Below the pieces are notes generated by a model. The model was not told the origin of the DNA. It saw nothing but the letters and a program-made list of their open reading frames with translations, and searched no databases. Source: Alloascoidea hylecoeti (taxonomy: Eukaryota). From it: a stretch of 64,000 nt of DNA. Positions within the stretch are counted from its first letter, which is position 1; each line of letters opens with the position of its first letter. Location: contig BCKZ01000016.1 in NCBI GenBank assembly GCA_001600815.1, positions 237,077 to 301,076 on the forward strand, read 5' to 3'. Shown piece by piece: positions 1 to 11,744 of this stretch. The translations under genes were made by a program, and so were the position numbers.

Positions 1-2083
1 ATGATCTTGATGAATCCGAATAATTATTAAAATTTTGGCTAGTCTGTTGAGGTACCGGGATATTTCGATGTTTGTTGGTGTTCATTTTTTCAGATCGATT
101 TGTTTCATTTTGTTCAGATTGAGCTTGGTTCATAGAAATATCAGCATCTGCTTGATTTAGTTCTGAAAATATAACTTTATTTGGTACATACTCAGCATTA
201 CCTTCCCTAGGTGGCTGTGAGGAAACTTCCCTTATTTCTTCATTGAAGAGGAAATACTTTGGGTCTACTTTTGGATTGGATTCATTCTTAACCCTCTGTT
301 TTTTGAGTCTTTTAACAAAAAATGGTTCTATTCTTGACTTAAATCTGTAAGTTTTGTTCTTCAAGTCAGGTGAAGTAATCAAGTTATCATCTTTATCATA
401 GATTTCATTGCAAATAAAGATAGGAGCCATCACAATTCGTATATTTTCAGGGATATTATAACAAACTGGTCCATCTTCCTCTAATGTAGTGTTTATGCCA
501 CGAAGAAAAGAGGCAACTCGAGGACCTTTTAATAGGGAGCACGAGCATAAAATTTCTTCCAATTCATCAGGGTATTGTCCTTTACAGGAAGATTCTTCAT
601 CTTCATCCAATATTATAACCTCCCTATTAGTCACAGGTTTAATGAATTCAGAATTTAAACTGCTTAGCTGCTCAACTGGAGGCATGGGAGATTTGTTGGA
701 ACAGCCATCTGCATAATCTTGCATTTGATTCACTATTCTTGATTGATTTACTCCATCAGTATTTGTTTTCGCGATGTTATATTGATTTCCAGTTAATATG
801 GGAGAATTGATATGATCACTGGCATTTTGTGGTTCACTCATCCCCGGTACTGGATCTGTTAGTGAAATCGAAGAAGATTCTGGAGCCCGATTTTGCTTAT
901 GATTTGAAGGACTCGGGGGATGGGATTCGCGGTCAGATGCTGGGGGTGTTTCGGCTGCTCCTTTAATTTGTTGACTTTTAAGTACCACTACTCGTTGTTT
1001 AGCTTTTTGGTTATTTTGGTTGTCAGTGGAGTTTGTTAGTTTATCAGTCGCATCTGACTCTGATGATCTGATAATCTGTGTTTCAGAGCTATTTGCTTCA
1101 AATGCTTTACTTTCATTATTCGTAGAGTACTGCTTATTTCTTGGTTTCGTAACACCACCAGAACTTACCAGCGGAGAAGAAATTAATTGGTGAGCTTTGG
1201 TAGGTTCTTCGCAAATGGAATCTTTTTCAAATACTGATTGATCATTTATTTCGGAACTTTTTCTTTCCTGGTCTTCATGAGTCGTTATTTTATCTTTCGA
1301 TTCTTTTTCTGCTTCTAATGTTTTAAAGGTAATATGTTTTTTTCGGGTATGTGCCTCTATATTTTCTGTGGTAGAGTCATTACTTGTTATTCTTTTCAAC
1401 GATATCATACCGTCATTAGCATTTCCCTTTTGTGAATCTGAAGGCTGTACCTCAGGCTTGGGTATATTGCTGGTTTTACTTGCCTTATTAGTTTCAAACC
1501 TTTTTGTAGAATCAAATTTTGGGCTATGCTTAGGAGCCTTCGATAATATATTTGATTCAATTTCATTCATTACTTTTCCAGCAGAAAGTATGGAATGTGA
1601 AAGTAATTTGCTATTACTTTTTTGAGTATTAGGATCAGCTTGAACGTCATTGGAAGCAGGGGAGTCAGTAGGTACGGCATGTTTAGCAAATCTATTTGAT
1701 AAGTAGTGATCCTTATTGTTACTCACTTGTTCATCCCCATAATCGATCGCGATGTGGTGCAATTTGTTATCATTTGATTTTAAGGATTCGCGTCGCGTTT
1801 GTTGAACCTTATAGCCCATATGATCATTATGGTTACTATTACCACGCTTAATCGGAGGAGTATCTGCGCCGTTTATTAGATGTACACTACCTTTTCTCTT
1901 CCTGTGGTTTATAAACACAGAAGGAAGTCTTTTTTGAGAGTGTCCAGCTAGGGGCTTCCTGGGAAGGGACGGGATTGTCGCTTTTGGTGCTGATTCCGCA
2001 GCTGGTGTTGAATGACCTGGGTCTTTTTTGGGAGACTCCTTTCCGAACCAGTTAAACAGTCTATTACTGGGGATATCGGGCAT
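1..2083 (-). CDS. Hypothetical low-complexity protein, 3' part runs off the window (>690 aa)
   Basis: ATG at 2083 (MPDIPSNRLFNWFGKESPKK). The frame was open in every segment I translated, down to position 2. It is absent from the ORF track, consistent with no stop inside the window. Contains SIM-like EVIILDEDEE and RVxF-like KHITF; no domain recognised. Confidence 0.75.
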   Translation of the reverse strand, partial: MPDIPSNRLFNWFGKESPKKDPGHSTPAAESAPKATIPSLPRKPLAGHSQKRLPSVFINHRKRKGSVHLINGADTPPIKRGNSNHNDHMGYKVQQTRRESLKSNDNKLHHIAIDYGDEQVSNNKDHYLSNRFAKHAVPTDSPASNDVQADPNTQKSNSKLLSHSILSAGKVMNEIESNILSKAPKHSPKFDSTKRFETNKASKTSNIPKPEVQPSDSQKGNANDGMISLKRITSNDSTTENIEAHTRKKHITFKTLEAEKESKDKITTHEDQERKSSEINDQSVFEKDSICEEPTKAHQLISSPLVSSGGVTKPRNKQYSTNNESKAFEANSSETQIIRSSESDATDKLTNSTDNQNNQKAKQRVVVLKSQQIKGAAETPPASDRESHPPSPSNHKQNRAPESSSISLTDPVPGMSEPQNASDHINSPILTGNQYNIAKTNTDGVNQSRIVNQMQDYADGCSNKSPMPPVEQLSSLNSEFIKPVTNREVIILDEDEESSCKGQYPDELEEILCSCSLLKGPRVASFLRGINTTLEEDGPVCYNIPENIRIVMAPIFICNEIYDKDDNLITSPDLKNKTYRFKSRIEPFFVKRLKKQRVKNESNPKVDPKYFLFNEEIREVSSQPPREGNAEYVPNKVIFSELNQADADISMNQAQSEQNETNRSEKMNTNKHRNIPVPQQTSQNFNNYSDSSRS

Positions 2084-2145
2084 GGAATGAAAGATATGTG
2101 AACTATCCTACTTTGGTTATCAACGGAAATAGAAAGTTTTGATAT

Positions 2146-2153
2146 CCGGGTAA
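2146..2153. promoter_or_regulatory. Reb1-like site CCGGGTAA in a 135-bp divergent promoter
   Basis: Exact match to the S. cerevisiae Reb1 consensus TTACCCGG, between two head-to-head genes. Confidence 0.55.
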
Positions 2154-2218
2154 AACACTGTTACATACATTTACCCCGAAAAGAACAATAACCTACTTGC
2201 TTCAATCCGAGAAGAGAC

Positions 2219-3124
2219 ATGATACACAACAGCTACACCGCTGCCCATGCGATAACCATATCTTTAGTTATTTCTGTTCTGTATGTCGCAGTCTTGTACA
2301 TCTCTAAACACACAAGACCTTCGCCAACCCTCACCAGAAATGACCCGTTGGTGGTATACCATAGAATCACGTGGATTATTATCGCCACAGTTCTCTCCAT
2401 CGTTATAGTCCCCGCCTATATCAGCTTTTATACGGGCAAATCGTGGATAAACTGTTTTGCATCTTTACGTCTACTCATTGGTGTGAAGCCTAAGAAGTCT
2501 TTTATGAAATTTAGCGTCTGGAATGCAGCATTTACATTGATTGACATCGCCAAGGCTCTGCTACTCACCGCTATACTATACATTGGTCCCATAGTGGCTT
2601 ACTTATTTTTTGACGATGGTCTTGAATCATTAACACAGAATTTAATAAATGGAGTTTCAGACATATGGGGTATAAGAGATTATATTGTTGGGCCTATAAC
2701 TGAGGAATTCGTTTATCGAGCTTGTATCATATTAGCTTCTTTATCTGCTAAAATGGGCATCGATTATATGATTTTTATAACCCCTTTATACTTTGGGTTT
2801 GCTCATATTCATCATAGTTATTCTCTATATATTCAGCACAAATACCCATTTGTTTCAATTGTTTTGAGCACGTTCTTTCAATTATGTTATACGACATTAT
2901 TTGGCATGTTTACGGCCTTCTTGTATTTGAGAACAGGGACGATTTGGGCACCCATTGTAAGTCATTCATTTTGTAATATGATGGGTATACCCGCAATTGG
3001 TATCAGTGGTCCAAGGTGGCATAAAACTTTATATTATGCCTTACTTGTGTTAGGTATTGTAAGTTTTATTGGTTTATTGTTTCCATTAACCGAGTCCTCT
3101 CATGGGCTTATAGATTGGTCTTAA
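2219..3124 (+). CDS. RCE1: CAAX prenyl protease 2 (Rce1, Abi/CPBP family)
   Basis: Multi-TM 301 aa with GPITEEFVYR, FGFAHIHH and HSFCNMMG catalytic motifs. Confidence 0.93.
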   Translation: MIHNSYTAAHAITISLVISVLYVAVLYISKHTRPSPTLTRNDPLVVYHRITWIIIATVLSIVIVPAYISFYTGKSWINCFASLRLLIGVKPKKSFMKFSVWNAAFTLIDIAKALLLTAILYIGPIVAYLFFDDGLESLTQNLINGVSDIWGIRDYIVGPITEEFVYRACIILASLSAKMGIDYMIFITPLYFGFAHIHHSYSLYIQHKYPFVSIVLSTFFQLCYTTLFGMFTAFLYLRTGTIWAPIVSHSFCNMMGIPAIGISGPRWHKTLYYALLVLGIVSFIGLLFPLTESSHGLIDWS

Positions 3125-3268
3125 TTCGATCTTGGAATACGCATAACCTTTGACCTTGATATTGAGGAATATAATATATCATATAATAATATTTAGATTT
3201 GATAACTATTTAGGCTTATATATATGCTAAAATATAATATTGTTATTTAAATATAATGTATACTCCAT

Positions 3269-4654
3269 TTAGCTTAGTAATTCAAGGGACTCATCCAAGA
3301 CCCTGATAGCGTCTACAATCTCAGCAAATGTATTATAAAGTGGGAGAGGAGCAAGACGAATAACATCTGGTCTTCTCTCATCGCCAATTATTCCATTTTT
3401 CATCAAATAATTGAACGTCTTTTCCATTACACAATCTTTGGGAGCTGCGGGATTAACTGAGGGAAAAAACAATAAAGACAATTGAGCGCCTCTTTCAGAA
3501 GTGGAATTTGGAGTTATTATAGTGAAACAAGGTGTTTTACTTTGTTCAGCTTTTTCAATTTCTTTTAATGGCACAAAAAATTTGCTTAAAGTAAGTTTAT
3601 TAAACATGAAATTAGTCATTTCAATGCTCTTTTCTCTCAGGTTCTGAATTCCTGCCCTATTAAAAATATCGAGGGAAGTTCTGAGACACGAAACACTAAC
3701 AACATTAGCATTTGATTGTCTAAATCCAAGAGCATTTGGTTCCGGGTCAAACTCTTCATTCATTTGGAATCTTGTTTGAACTTTATTCCCCCACCATCCG
3801 GCCAATCTCGGGAGATTTTTGTCAATGTGTTTCTCATGTACAAAAATACCACCGGTGGAACCAGGTCCGGAGTTCAAGTATTTATAAGTACACAACGCAG
3901 CGAAATCAACCCCCCATTCATGTAGTTTCAAAGGAACGTTTCCGACAGCGTGAGCCAAATCCCATGCAACAGTGATTCCTTTACTTTTAGCATGGGCTGT
4001 GATCGTAGGAATATCAAAGAATTGGCCTGAATAATACTGAACGGCAGGAAAGCACATCAAAGCAATTGTATCACCTTCCTCATCAATTGTTTTCAAGATA
4101 TCTTCTGTTCTAATTTTGAATTCGTCTTTTCTAGATTCCAAAGGGATTAAAGCATCTTTCGGATCTAATCCCCGAAGTTTAGCCTGGAATTGAAATGCAT
4201 AAATGTCAGAAGGGAAGGCTTTTCTTTCATATAAAATTTTATATCTTGTGGTAGTAGGTTGATAGAAGGTAACAAAAAGCCCATTCAAATTGTTAGTGAG
4301 AGAGCCCATTATAGCCACCTCTTTATCGAGAGCACCGAGTAGAAGGGCCAGTTGTGGAATGGGAGGTTCATCGATTGTCAACCATGGTTCAGCAGTTGGA
4401 TGGTTATGATGAGCTACAACGGCCCTACCAGCCCAGGCATCAAGCTCTTTATTTAAATCCAGTCTGGTCTTTTTAGGCATCAAACCCAGTGAGTTTCCAC
4501 ATAGATAAATTGACCGTTTATTTCCACCTTCTGAATCTATCGGATCGAGTCCGAGAGTTGAGAATGTCGGGAACTCAAACTCCTCTCTGAAGACAGGAGG
4601 AAACTTAGTGTCCAAACAAGCAGCTTCTTGTGCGATTTGGCTATAGTCGGACAT
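3269..4654 (-). CDS. BNA5: Kynureninase (PLP-dependent, de novo NAD synthesis)
   Basis: IYLCGNSLGLMP, WDLAHAVGNVPL, CTYKYLNSGPG, PRLAGWWG and RGAQLSL motifs. Confidence 0.96.
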   Translation of the reverse strand: MSDYSQIAQEAACLDTKFPPVFREEFEFPTFSTLGLDPIDSEGGNKRSIYLCGNSLGLMPKKTRLDLNKELDAWAGRAVVAHHNHPTAEPWLTIDEPPIPQLALLLGALDKEVAIMGSLTNNLNGLFVTFYQPTTTRYKILYERKAFPSDIYAFQFQAKLRGLDPKDALIPLESRKDEFKIRTEDILKTIDEEGDTIALMCFPAVQYYSGQFFDIPTITAHAKSKGITVAWDLAHAVGNVPLKLHEWGVDFAALCTYKYLNSGPGSTGGIFVHEKHIDKNLPRLAGWWGNKVQTRFQMNEEFDPEPNALGFRQSNANVVSVSCLRTSLDIFNRAGIQNLREKSIEMTNFMFNKLTLSKFFVPLKEIEKAEQSKTPCFTIITPNSTSERGAQLSLLFFPSVNPAAPKDCVMEKTFNYLMKNGIIGDERRPDVIRLAPLPLYNTFAEIVDAIRVLDESLELLS

Positions 4655-4954
4655 GTATGAGTATATTTTTTCAGAAGTAGAAGATCTTTCCTTTATAGAG
4701 CGCTATAGTATGACGAACACACGTGTAAATTGTAATGAAAGCTAGATCTAAATCCAGAGATTATATTAAAGGATGCGGAGACTATTAAAGTTATCCAATG
4801 GAGCTAAGTGGGGGTAATACCTCATAATCCCCACGGTTATTCCTAGGAAATGGAGGTAAGGTTATCTATTGTTTGATTAGTCATAAAATATGTAATAAAA
4901 AAAAGAATATAGGCCTATACATTAAAATAAAACTAATAAAAATTATGTGATCGA

Positions 4955-5500
4955 TCAGTTAAGATAAGCAGTGATTATATGGTAGGGTAATGGTTAGGTA
5001 ACTCTGGGGAACCCAATCCTCCTAAGTATGTGGAATTTCATCGGATAGCCGTGAAACTAGGATGCAGATTCCTTCTCATTTTCCGGTCATTCAGTATTTC
5101 ATAAATCTCATTATGTGGAAATAGATGATGATAGTTGATAAAGTCCTGAAAGGATACAATTTTTTTTGGTAGTGATTGGCGATGGTATCCCCATAGACCA
5201 GTGGAAGATAGTATGTGCTCCGTTGCCAACAGGAAGTTGTGAAGCTTTGTTGGTAAATGGTTGGGGCGTCCATAGCTAGCCTCGCTAATCGAAAATGGAC
5301 CTCTAGATCTGTAAGGAGCGGAGAAGTCTTCTAGCCAGTTGAATATATATCATTAGGTCTTTAAGATAATCTTGGTGTATCAATATTTCATCGCCGACAG
5401 AATAATTTACTTCTACTGTACATATATTTCTTTTGTGAAATTTGTTGTTGGGCCAGATTATAAGTGGCGCCAAAGACGGTTTCAACATTAGGATCGGCTT
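4955..5500 (-). mobile_element. Degenerate Ty3/Gypsy (chromovirus-like) integrase C-terminus with chromodomain remnant
   Basis: Across frameshifts: VNYSVGDEILI (F.VGD.VL), APYRSRGPFSI (GPY/F motif), then EIYEILNDRKMRRN, FHGYP, EDWVPQSYL, IITAYLN* in chromodomain order. Confidence 0.65.
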
Positions 5501-5995
5501 TTAATTGATGAGTACTTGGGTGACAGTCTTTTCGAAGTGGTGTGAATCCACTAGATCTTTACCAGCCATTGTTGAATAGGCATTGAGGTAGACGTAAAAA
5601 AAGAAAAGCTGTAGGCGGCCGATGGTAAGGAGAAGCCGAGAATTTGACTTGAGGAAGCGGTACATGTAACAGATAAGGGAAGTGAGGGTAATCCCATACA
5701 GCTTACATAAGCAGAGGGAGACTACGCTATATATAGACAACCACGCTGGGCCCGTGGCTGTGGGTTAGCAATAGAATCAATAGAATAACGTAGATTTCGT
5801 GGGGCTGCTGTTTTTACTGTTAATTTCTGCAGCGTTTTGGACCTCTCTTTTGGAAGCAACCCAGTTGCAATACTATTTGCACTGCTCTTTCTGGTTTTGA
5901 TTTTTTATCCAAAACCTCCAAAATCTTCTAAAAACCGAACCTCCCAAACACCCATTCTCTTCTCATTCACCCCTAACCATCCAGCCCTTGACTTC

Positions 5996-7873
5996 ATGTC
6001 AGTACACCTTAATGGCGGATACCCCCACTCCTTCTCCCTCAGCACTAACTCGTCTCTCATGTCTCAAACGTCTCCACGGTCCTCGACGGTAAGCGCTGGG
6101 CTATTTCACGACATCCCCTTCAACCCGATGTTCGCCACTGTTCGTGACTTGTTCCCTTCTTCACCAACAGCCAACTTGCCACGCGATCGGTCTTCTACTA
6201 ACGATCATCCGGTTTCCGATATTCCTCTGCTAACAATCCCAGACTCCTTTGTCCGCGAGTCCTCGAATCTCCCTCGCGCTGCCGGCCAGGACAGCTCAAA
6301 CGGCACCCATCCACCTTATGGTCAGAATAGCAAGCAATCTACCACACTGCCGATTCATCCTTCTTCCACGGCTGGAATCGATCCTTCTGCTATATACAGC
6401 TATGAGCGTGTCTCTTCGGGGCATGAAGCTTACATCCCAAGAAGCTACTCTATTTTCTACAACCCCCTCGGCTCTCAAGGCTCCCCAACTCATCTGGAGA
6501 GTGAGTTCAACCCTGTATCTACAAACACCGCTTTTCGCTACACTTCTATGAATGAATACAGCCCTGATAAAATTGCGCCGTTTTCGTCGTTATTGCCTCC
6601 TATCTTATCAAGAGGTTTCAACCACAACTCCGACAAGAATGCAATGTTACCCTCAGTCCCACTCATAATATCACCCTCCAAACTCTACAACACTTCTTTA
6701 TGGATGTCTGATATGCCCTCTGACGGGCATGGCAACAAAAACCCTCCCCCAAAGCTTCATGAGCCAGATTTCGGATCAGAGTCAAAAAGCAATACTAATA
6801 CTTCATCCCCAGGATCTCATAGCTCAAGTTCGATATTCGAATCAAGTCAATTAGTTCCAAATTTCTCTCAAAGCAAAATTACTTTAAATACTGATAACCG
6901 CCCAAGCATCCGATCTTCTAGTGTGAATTCTCAAGGAAAATCGTTGGGAATGACCGAACCCTCAATCTACCACTTTACCGCATCTTCAACTGTTAGTCGA
7001 CATCAACGTCGTTCTAACTCTTCGGTTCAATCAGATGTTGACGATGTTGACGATGTCGACGATGTCGACGATATTTACCAGGACCATGATGTTCCACAAT
7101 CATGTGTGCCACACACTGTTAAAACCGGCTCTTCATCTAGAAAGTCAACAGTTGATGATCGCTCAAATAAAAAGGAAAGAAAAAAAGGTCAAAGTAAACG
7201 AAAATTCAAATTGCGCCCCAAGTTGCAGAAAACAAAACAATCAGCTGGCACTTCCGTGGGAGCTTCCTCGGGACTGACGGCATCGGACGCGAGACATAGC
7301 TCAAGTTCGACAGGAAAGAACCACCGTTCGGAAAATGGTAATGAAATGAGTGGAGGTAGGATTTCATTAATTGACCCCCTAGCTCCAAACATTAATAGCG
7401 TAGATAATGATTATGATGATGATAGTGACATGAAAGAGGAGAAAGAAGAAGAGCTTTGGCAGCCTGGTGCTAAAAAAAGGAAAATAAATTCTAGAAGGGG
7501 ATCAGAAGGCATCATCACCGAACAAGACTATGTTCATGATAGGCGGCGTCCCAAAAGAACTTGTGTCAATGTTATAGAAGAAGAGGTTTTGCCACCTCCG
7601 CCTACCCCTACTCCACCTCGCAAGACTAATAAACCGAGGTCTAAGAGTGGCTGCTGGACCTGTCGTTTACGAAGGAAGAAATGTACAGAAGAAAAGCCAT
7701 CATGCTCGCAATGTGAAAGATTAGGCCTAATATGTGATGGTTATGAAGCGCAGCGTCCCTCATTTATGCAAAATGCTCAAGCAGGCAGAAAGAAACTTGA
7801 TGATATCAAACAAATTACTGGGGGTAAAAGACGGCTATTTATGACTGGAAGAAAGAAAAAGAAAGGAAAATAA
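5996..7873 (+). CDS. UME6: Ume6-like Zn2Cys6 transcription factor with C-terminal zinc cluster
   Basis: RSKSGCWTCRLRRKKCTEEKPSCSQCERLGLIC followed by a basic tail, the Ume6 arrangement. First ATG is 5996 (the ORF-track start at 5837 is TTG). Confidence 0.75.
   Translation: MSVHLNGGYPHSFSLSTNSSLMSQTSPRSSTVSAGLFHDIPFNPMFATVRDLFPSSPTANLPRDRSSTNDHPVSDIPLLTIPDSFVRESSNLPRAAGQDSSNGTHPPYGQNSKQSTTLPIHPSSTAGIDPSAIYSYERVSSGHEAYIPRSYSIFYNPLGSQGSPTHLESEFNPVSTNTAFRYTSMNEYSPDKIAPFSSLLPPILSRGFNHNSDKNAMLPSVPLIISPSKLYNTSLWMSDMPSDGHGNKNPPPKLHEPDFGSESKSNTNTSSPGSHSSSSIFESSQLVPNFSQSKITLNTDNRPSIRSSSVNSQGKSLGMTEPSIYHFTASSTVSRHQRRSNSSVQSDVDDVDDVDDVDDIYQDHDVPQSCVPHTVKTGSSSRKSTVDDRSNKKERKKGQSKRKFKLRPKLQKTKQSAGTSVGASSGLTASDARHSSSSTGKNHRSENGNEMSGGRISLIDPLAPNINSVDNDYDDDSDMKEEKEEELWQPGAKKRKINSRRGSEGIITEQDYVHDRRRPKRTCVNVIEEEVLPPPPTPTPPRKTNKPRSKSGCWTCRLRRKKCTEEKPSCSQCERLGLICDGYEAQRPSFMQNAQAGRKKLDDIKQITGGKRRLFMTGRKKKKGK
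7034..7072 (+). repeat. 9-bp coding tandem repeat (GATGTYGAC x4, DVD)
   Basis: Directly visible in the sequence. Confidence 0.85.
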
Positions 7874-8221
7874 AATTTTGTGTAATTGATTTATTTAATT
7901 TTGGTTCGGTTTATGTTTTTGTTTGTTCTCAACTGTTGACATTGTTGATTTGCTTCAAACATCTTTCTATTTAATTTTATTTTTTAATTAATTAGTAATT
8001 TAGTATCATATGCCTAAGTAGTAAGTAGAAGAAAGAATGCGTTATGAAATCTAATCAAAGTGAAACTAAATGTATTAAAATATTTAACTTATACCTATAT
8101 TTCCACCAACTTAAAAAAATGTTTGAAAAAGGATGTCCATGAAACCTAGAGTTTTAATTTGGATAGACTGTAGTATGGACTTATTCTAATCAAACAAATA
8201 TAACACATTCAAAAAAATCAT

Positions 8222-11200
8222 CTATTGCGTCCGTGATTGATAATTCAAGGCACTATTACCAAAAGTTATGTTATTGGATGTCCATTCCTGTGATTCCCGA
8301 GCCGCACTAGTAGTTTGCTGCTCGCTTAAAGATGGTTGTACTTGGTAGTTTTCTCCGAAAGGAGAAAATGACCCCGCAACGTTTGTAGCTGAATTATTAG
8401 ATATATTGTTACTAAACTGAGAATAAGCATTCATATTAGGTGTAGAGTTGTAGTAGTTGTTGATGACACTAGTATTGCTTGGAATAGGAGAGGTAAATGT
8501 TTCCTGTTGATAATTAACATTAGAAAATTGGGGTTGATTTTGCAGAATATCTTGTGAAGATACTTGTATCTGAGACTGTTGTTGAGTTTGGCTCTGAGCC
8601 TGTTGGTAGCAAGCATTCATCCATTGATAATATTGAATGACATACTGCTCCCATTGCTGCTGTTCTTCAGCTGTCATGGTTGGCTGATTGGTCCCATTTG
8701 TCTCACTTGAGTAACCATACAAGTTAGCAGCATTTGATGAAGTATTAGCTGGATATTGATTCATTGAGGCCGAAGAAACTCCTATATTGGTATCGTCTCT
8801 TGAATTTGGAAAACCCTCATTTACTGACGGATTTTGAGAAAATTGTACAACATCCATCTGAGCAATTGGATCTGAATTTACTACTGGTGTGTCAACAACG
8901 TTTTCCACCTCTGTGTTGAGAGCAGAACTTGTAGAGGAGCCAACAGTCAATCCAAGAGCATCCTTCAGACTGTTAGTGGCATCGATAACAGCAGAAGGAG
9001 AAGATATAGAGGGGCGAGGCGGACTCCATGCGCTACTTGAATTCATCGTTGGCATTAATTCAATACTTTGCTGTACTTTGCTGCTTCCACCCGATAAAGA
9101 GTATTTCTTTTTAACACATATATCTTCATCGCTATCACCATTGCCTGTGACAATTTGGGTGACCATTTTATTGAGGTTTATTTCTTCTGTCAATCCTTTA
9201 CCTGTAGTCGGGTCCTGTGGTAATGAGTAGAGAGTATCGGGATAATGTGTATTATTTGAAGGCAAAGGTTGACTTTTAATTGACACATTGCTTTTATTAG
9301 TCTCGATATGATCAACCGGTAACGAGATCTTCCCTTGCGAAATATTTTCACTTGAAGCGATTGATTTCTTGTTGTTAATTTTTTCATTAGAACCACTTGC
9401 AATACTTGAGATGGATTTGGAGCTTCTAGATTTTCCAACAGCAGGCAATTCATAGAGGCCAGATTTCCACAAAATCTTCAACCCATTGGAGTCCATTATT
9501 CTTCTTCCTTGTGCAATAATAGCTTTCGCTCTTAAACAATCCTCTTGTTCTGAATTCAACTTATTGTCATAAATACCACGAAGCCGGTATATAAGATCAG
9601 GAGCATCGTAAATTGATGTATCCTTAAAATCTTTAAAAGAATATCCAATCGGAAAAAATTCATTTAATTCAATATCTTCTTCGAAGAAATATTCCCTCAC
9701 AGGCCTATGTCTTTCATTCGCACCAAAAATGCCAGCTAGATTATTGATTACCTCAGCCAATTCACTTCCAAACTCCCAATTTCTACGAGCATATTGAAGA
9801 CATGCTTTCCTATTCCTATCGGCAAGCCAATTTAAAATAAGCCGAATAACTGGAAGGAAATTTGACACCTGCTCAAGGTTCCCCGACAACTTAAATGCTG
9901 AGTTGAAGGCATTAAATATCCTGGAAAGGTATTCAAACGCAAACCTAGTAAAATTCTTGATATAAGGTGAATGGTGAGAGTCGGAGGCTTGGTCATCAGA
10001 ATCAGTTGCTGTAATGTCTTTTTCCATTAATAGGCTGTGCAATCCAATTATCGTAGTGACACTATGAAGATAAAAAAGTTTAAGTTTATCGGATGATTCC
10101 TCAGAATTGATTTTTCCTAGACTTTTAAACAAAGTTAACTGAATGGATTTCAGTGGGATACCATTATACAACGTATTTTCTTTACCTTTCCAATTATCAG
10201 GGAAGGCAAAATATCCTATCAGGCAAATCAAGGCTAATTCTAATTCAGAAACACTTTTTAAATTAGTTCCTCTTTTAACTCTTACCACCTGAAACTCTTC
10301 TAATCCCTTTTTTCTCTGAAATCTGTCAATTAAATTTGTAGTGGCTAGTTGATTATCAACCCTTACGGTCATCCCACGAACGAAGTAATAAATGGAAGTA
10401 AATAGTTCATTATTGTAACTAGAAATCATACCTAAATGATTGAAGGGTTCACCAATTGCGGGGCAGACAGATATCGCAAGTTTGTACATTTTAATAGATT
10501 TGTTGTAATTATCAGCATTGCTGCGGCTATTTGGGGGCAGGCATTTGAGAGCAATACTGGTTCTATATCTTGAAAAATCACCCAAAGCAATGTATGATTT
10601 GTGGAAAACATAAACTACTCTAGCAATTAGGGTTGTGTCGTTAATAACCAGGTCGTCACCATCTCTTTGAGATGTTGGCAGCTCGCCTAAGACCTGCAAA
10701 GCGCTTTGTTGAACGTCTTTGACTCCATAATGTTCATATAATGTCTGCAATAAGTTTTTGTAAAAGGCGGATGATATTTTAATGAATTTAATAAACTTAT
10801 CATATATTTTCCGGGTTTCAACTGGTCGATAGCTGCCTCTTCTGAAACCACGACCATTATCTGCAATGGATCGATTATCAGAAGAGACGTCTTTACAAAT
10901 AGAAACTAGCTGAGTTTGATAATATTTGATGACAGGGTAATAGACATGTGAGAATAAATTGGAAATCAAATCATTGCTGTTAATGATTGATTTCTCAACA
11001 CTTTTTGATATAATGGAGTCCGATAGCTTTTCCAAATCAGATAGAATCCAAGACAAGTACTTCGATTGGGCAAATCTAATACTGCCTATTATTGTGTCAT
11101 CCTCTACAAATCGATTTTTCAACAAAGTGTTCAGTTGTGTGGCTAGTTCAATCGACTTGCTAACGTTAACAAAAATAGAGTCAGTTTAAATATCGGGATA

Positions 11201-11285
11201 TAAAGAAATACAACTATTTCAAAGTAAGAGCAACTTACGATTCAATTTCGGCACCAGATGGGTACTTATCTGAATTATTAGACAT
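8222..11285 (-). CDS. EBS1: Est1/Ebs1 (SMG7-like) family protein; 2 exons 11285-11239 and 11159-8222, ~994 aa
   Basis: LGDFSRYR and YKLAISVCPAIGEPFNHLGMIS..IYYFVRG match the Est1/SMG 14-3-3-like domain. A 79-nt intron (GTAAGT..ACTGAC..TAG, 11238-11160) links ATG 11285 in frame. EST1 versus EBS1 cannot be resolved by eye. Confidence 0.8.
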
Positions 11286-11681
11286 TCCCTATTTGGATGG
11301 CGTTGTAAGATGGTAAAATAAATTTCTTCGGACCTTAGTGAGAATAATGCGCACAAATCGGCTGCCGAATACGAAAAGAGTAAGAAAAAAATATAAGGAC
11401 GCTGTTTAAGTGCTAGTTGTGATTAGTGCCTGAGATGGATCAAGATTAATAGTATATTTAGTGTTTTTGTGTGAATAGTACTAGATCATCCGTTTTCAAA
11501 ATATGGGCATTATCTCATAAAACAAGAATAATTGGGAATTAGAAGAAGTTAACAATATGGACCAAAAGTGTTATATGACAAATAAACCCATGTTCTGGGA
11601 GATGGTCGAAGTGATTAAAGATTCTGAAAGGGAGTAAAGAAAGGAAAAGAAGAAGGGTGGAAGAAAAGAATGGCATCAGGG

Positions 11682-11689
11682 CCGGGTAA
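11682..11689. promoter_or_regulatory. Reb1-like site CCGGGTAA upstream of TOP3
   Basis: Consensus match 55 bp before the ATG. Confidence 0.55.
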
Positions 11690-11744
11690 CTAATATTCGA
11701 TGAAGTCTCCAAAATCAGCTTCCTCAGATGTTAAGCCATAATAC

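Noticed and set aside
5665..5831. Possible solo LTR (TGTAAC start after a purine-rich run, internal TATA)
   Set aside because: No second copy, matching inverted end or target-site duplication found; equally consistent with the promoter of the UME6-like gene.
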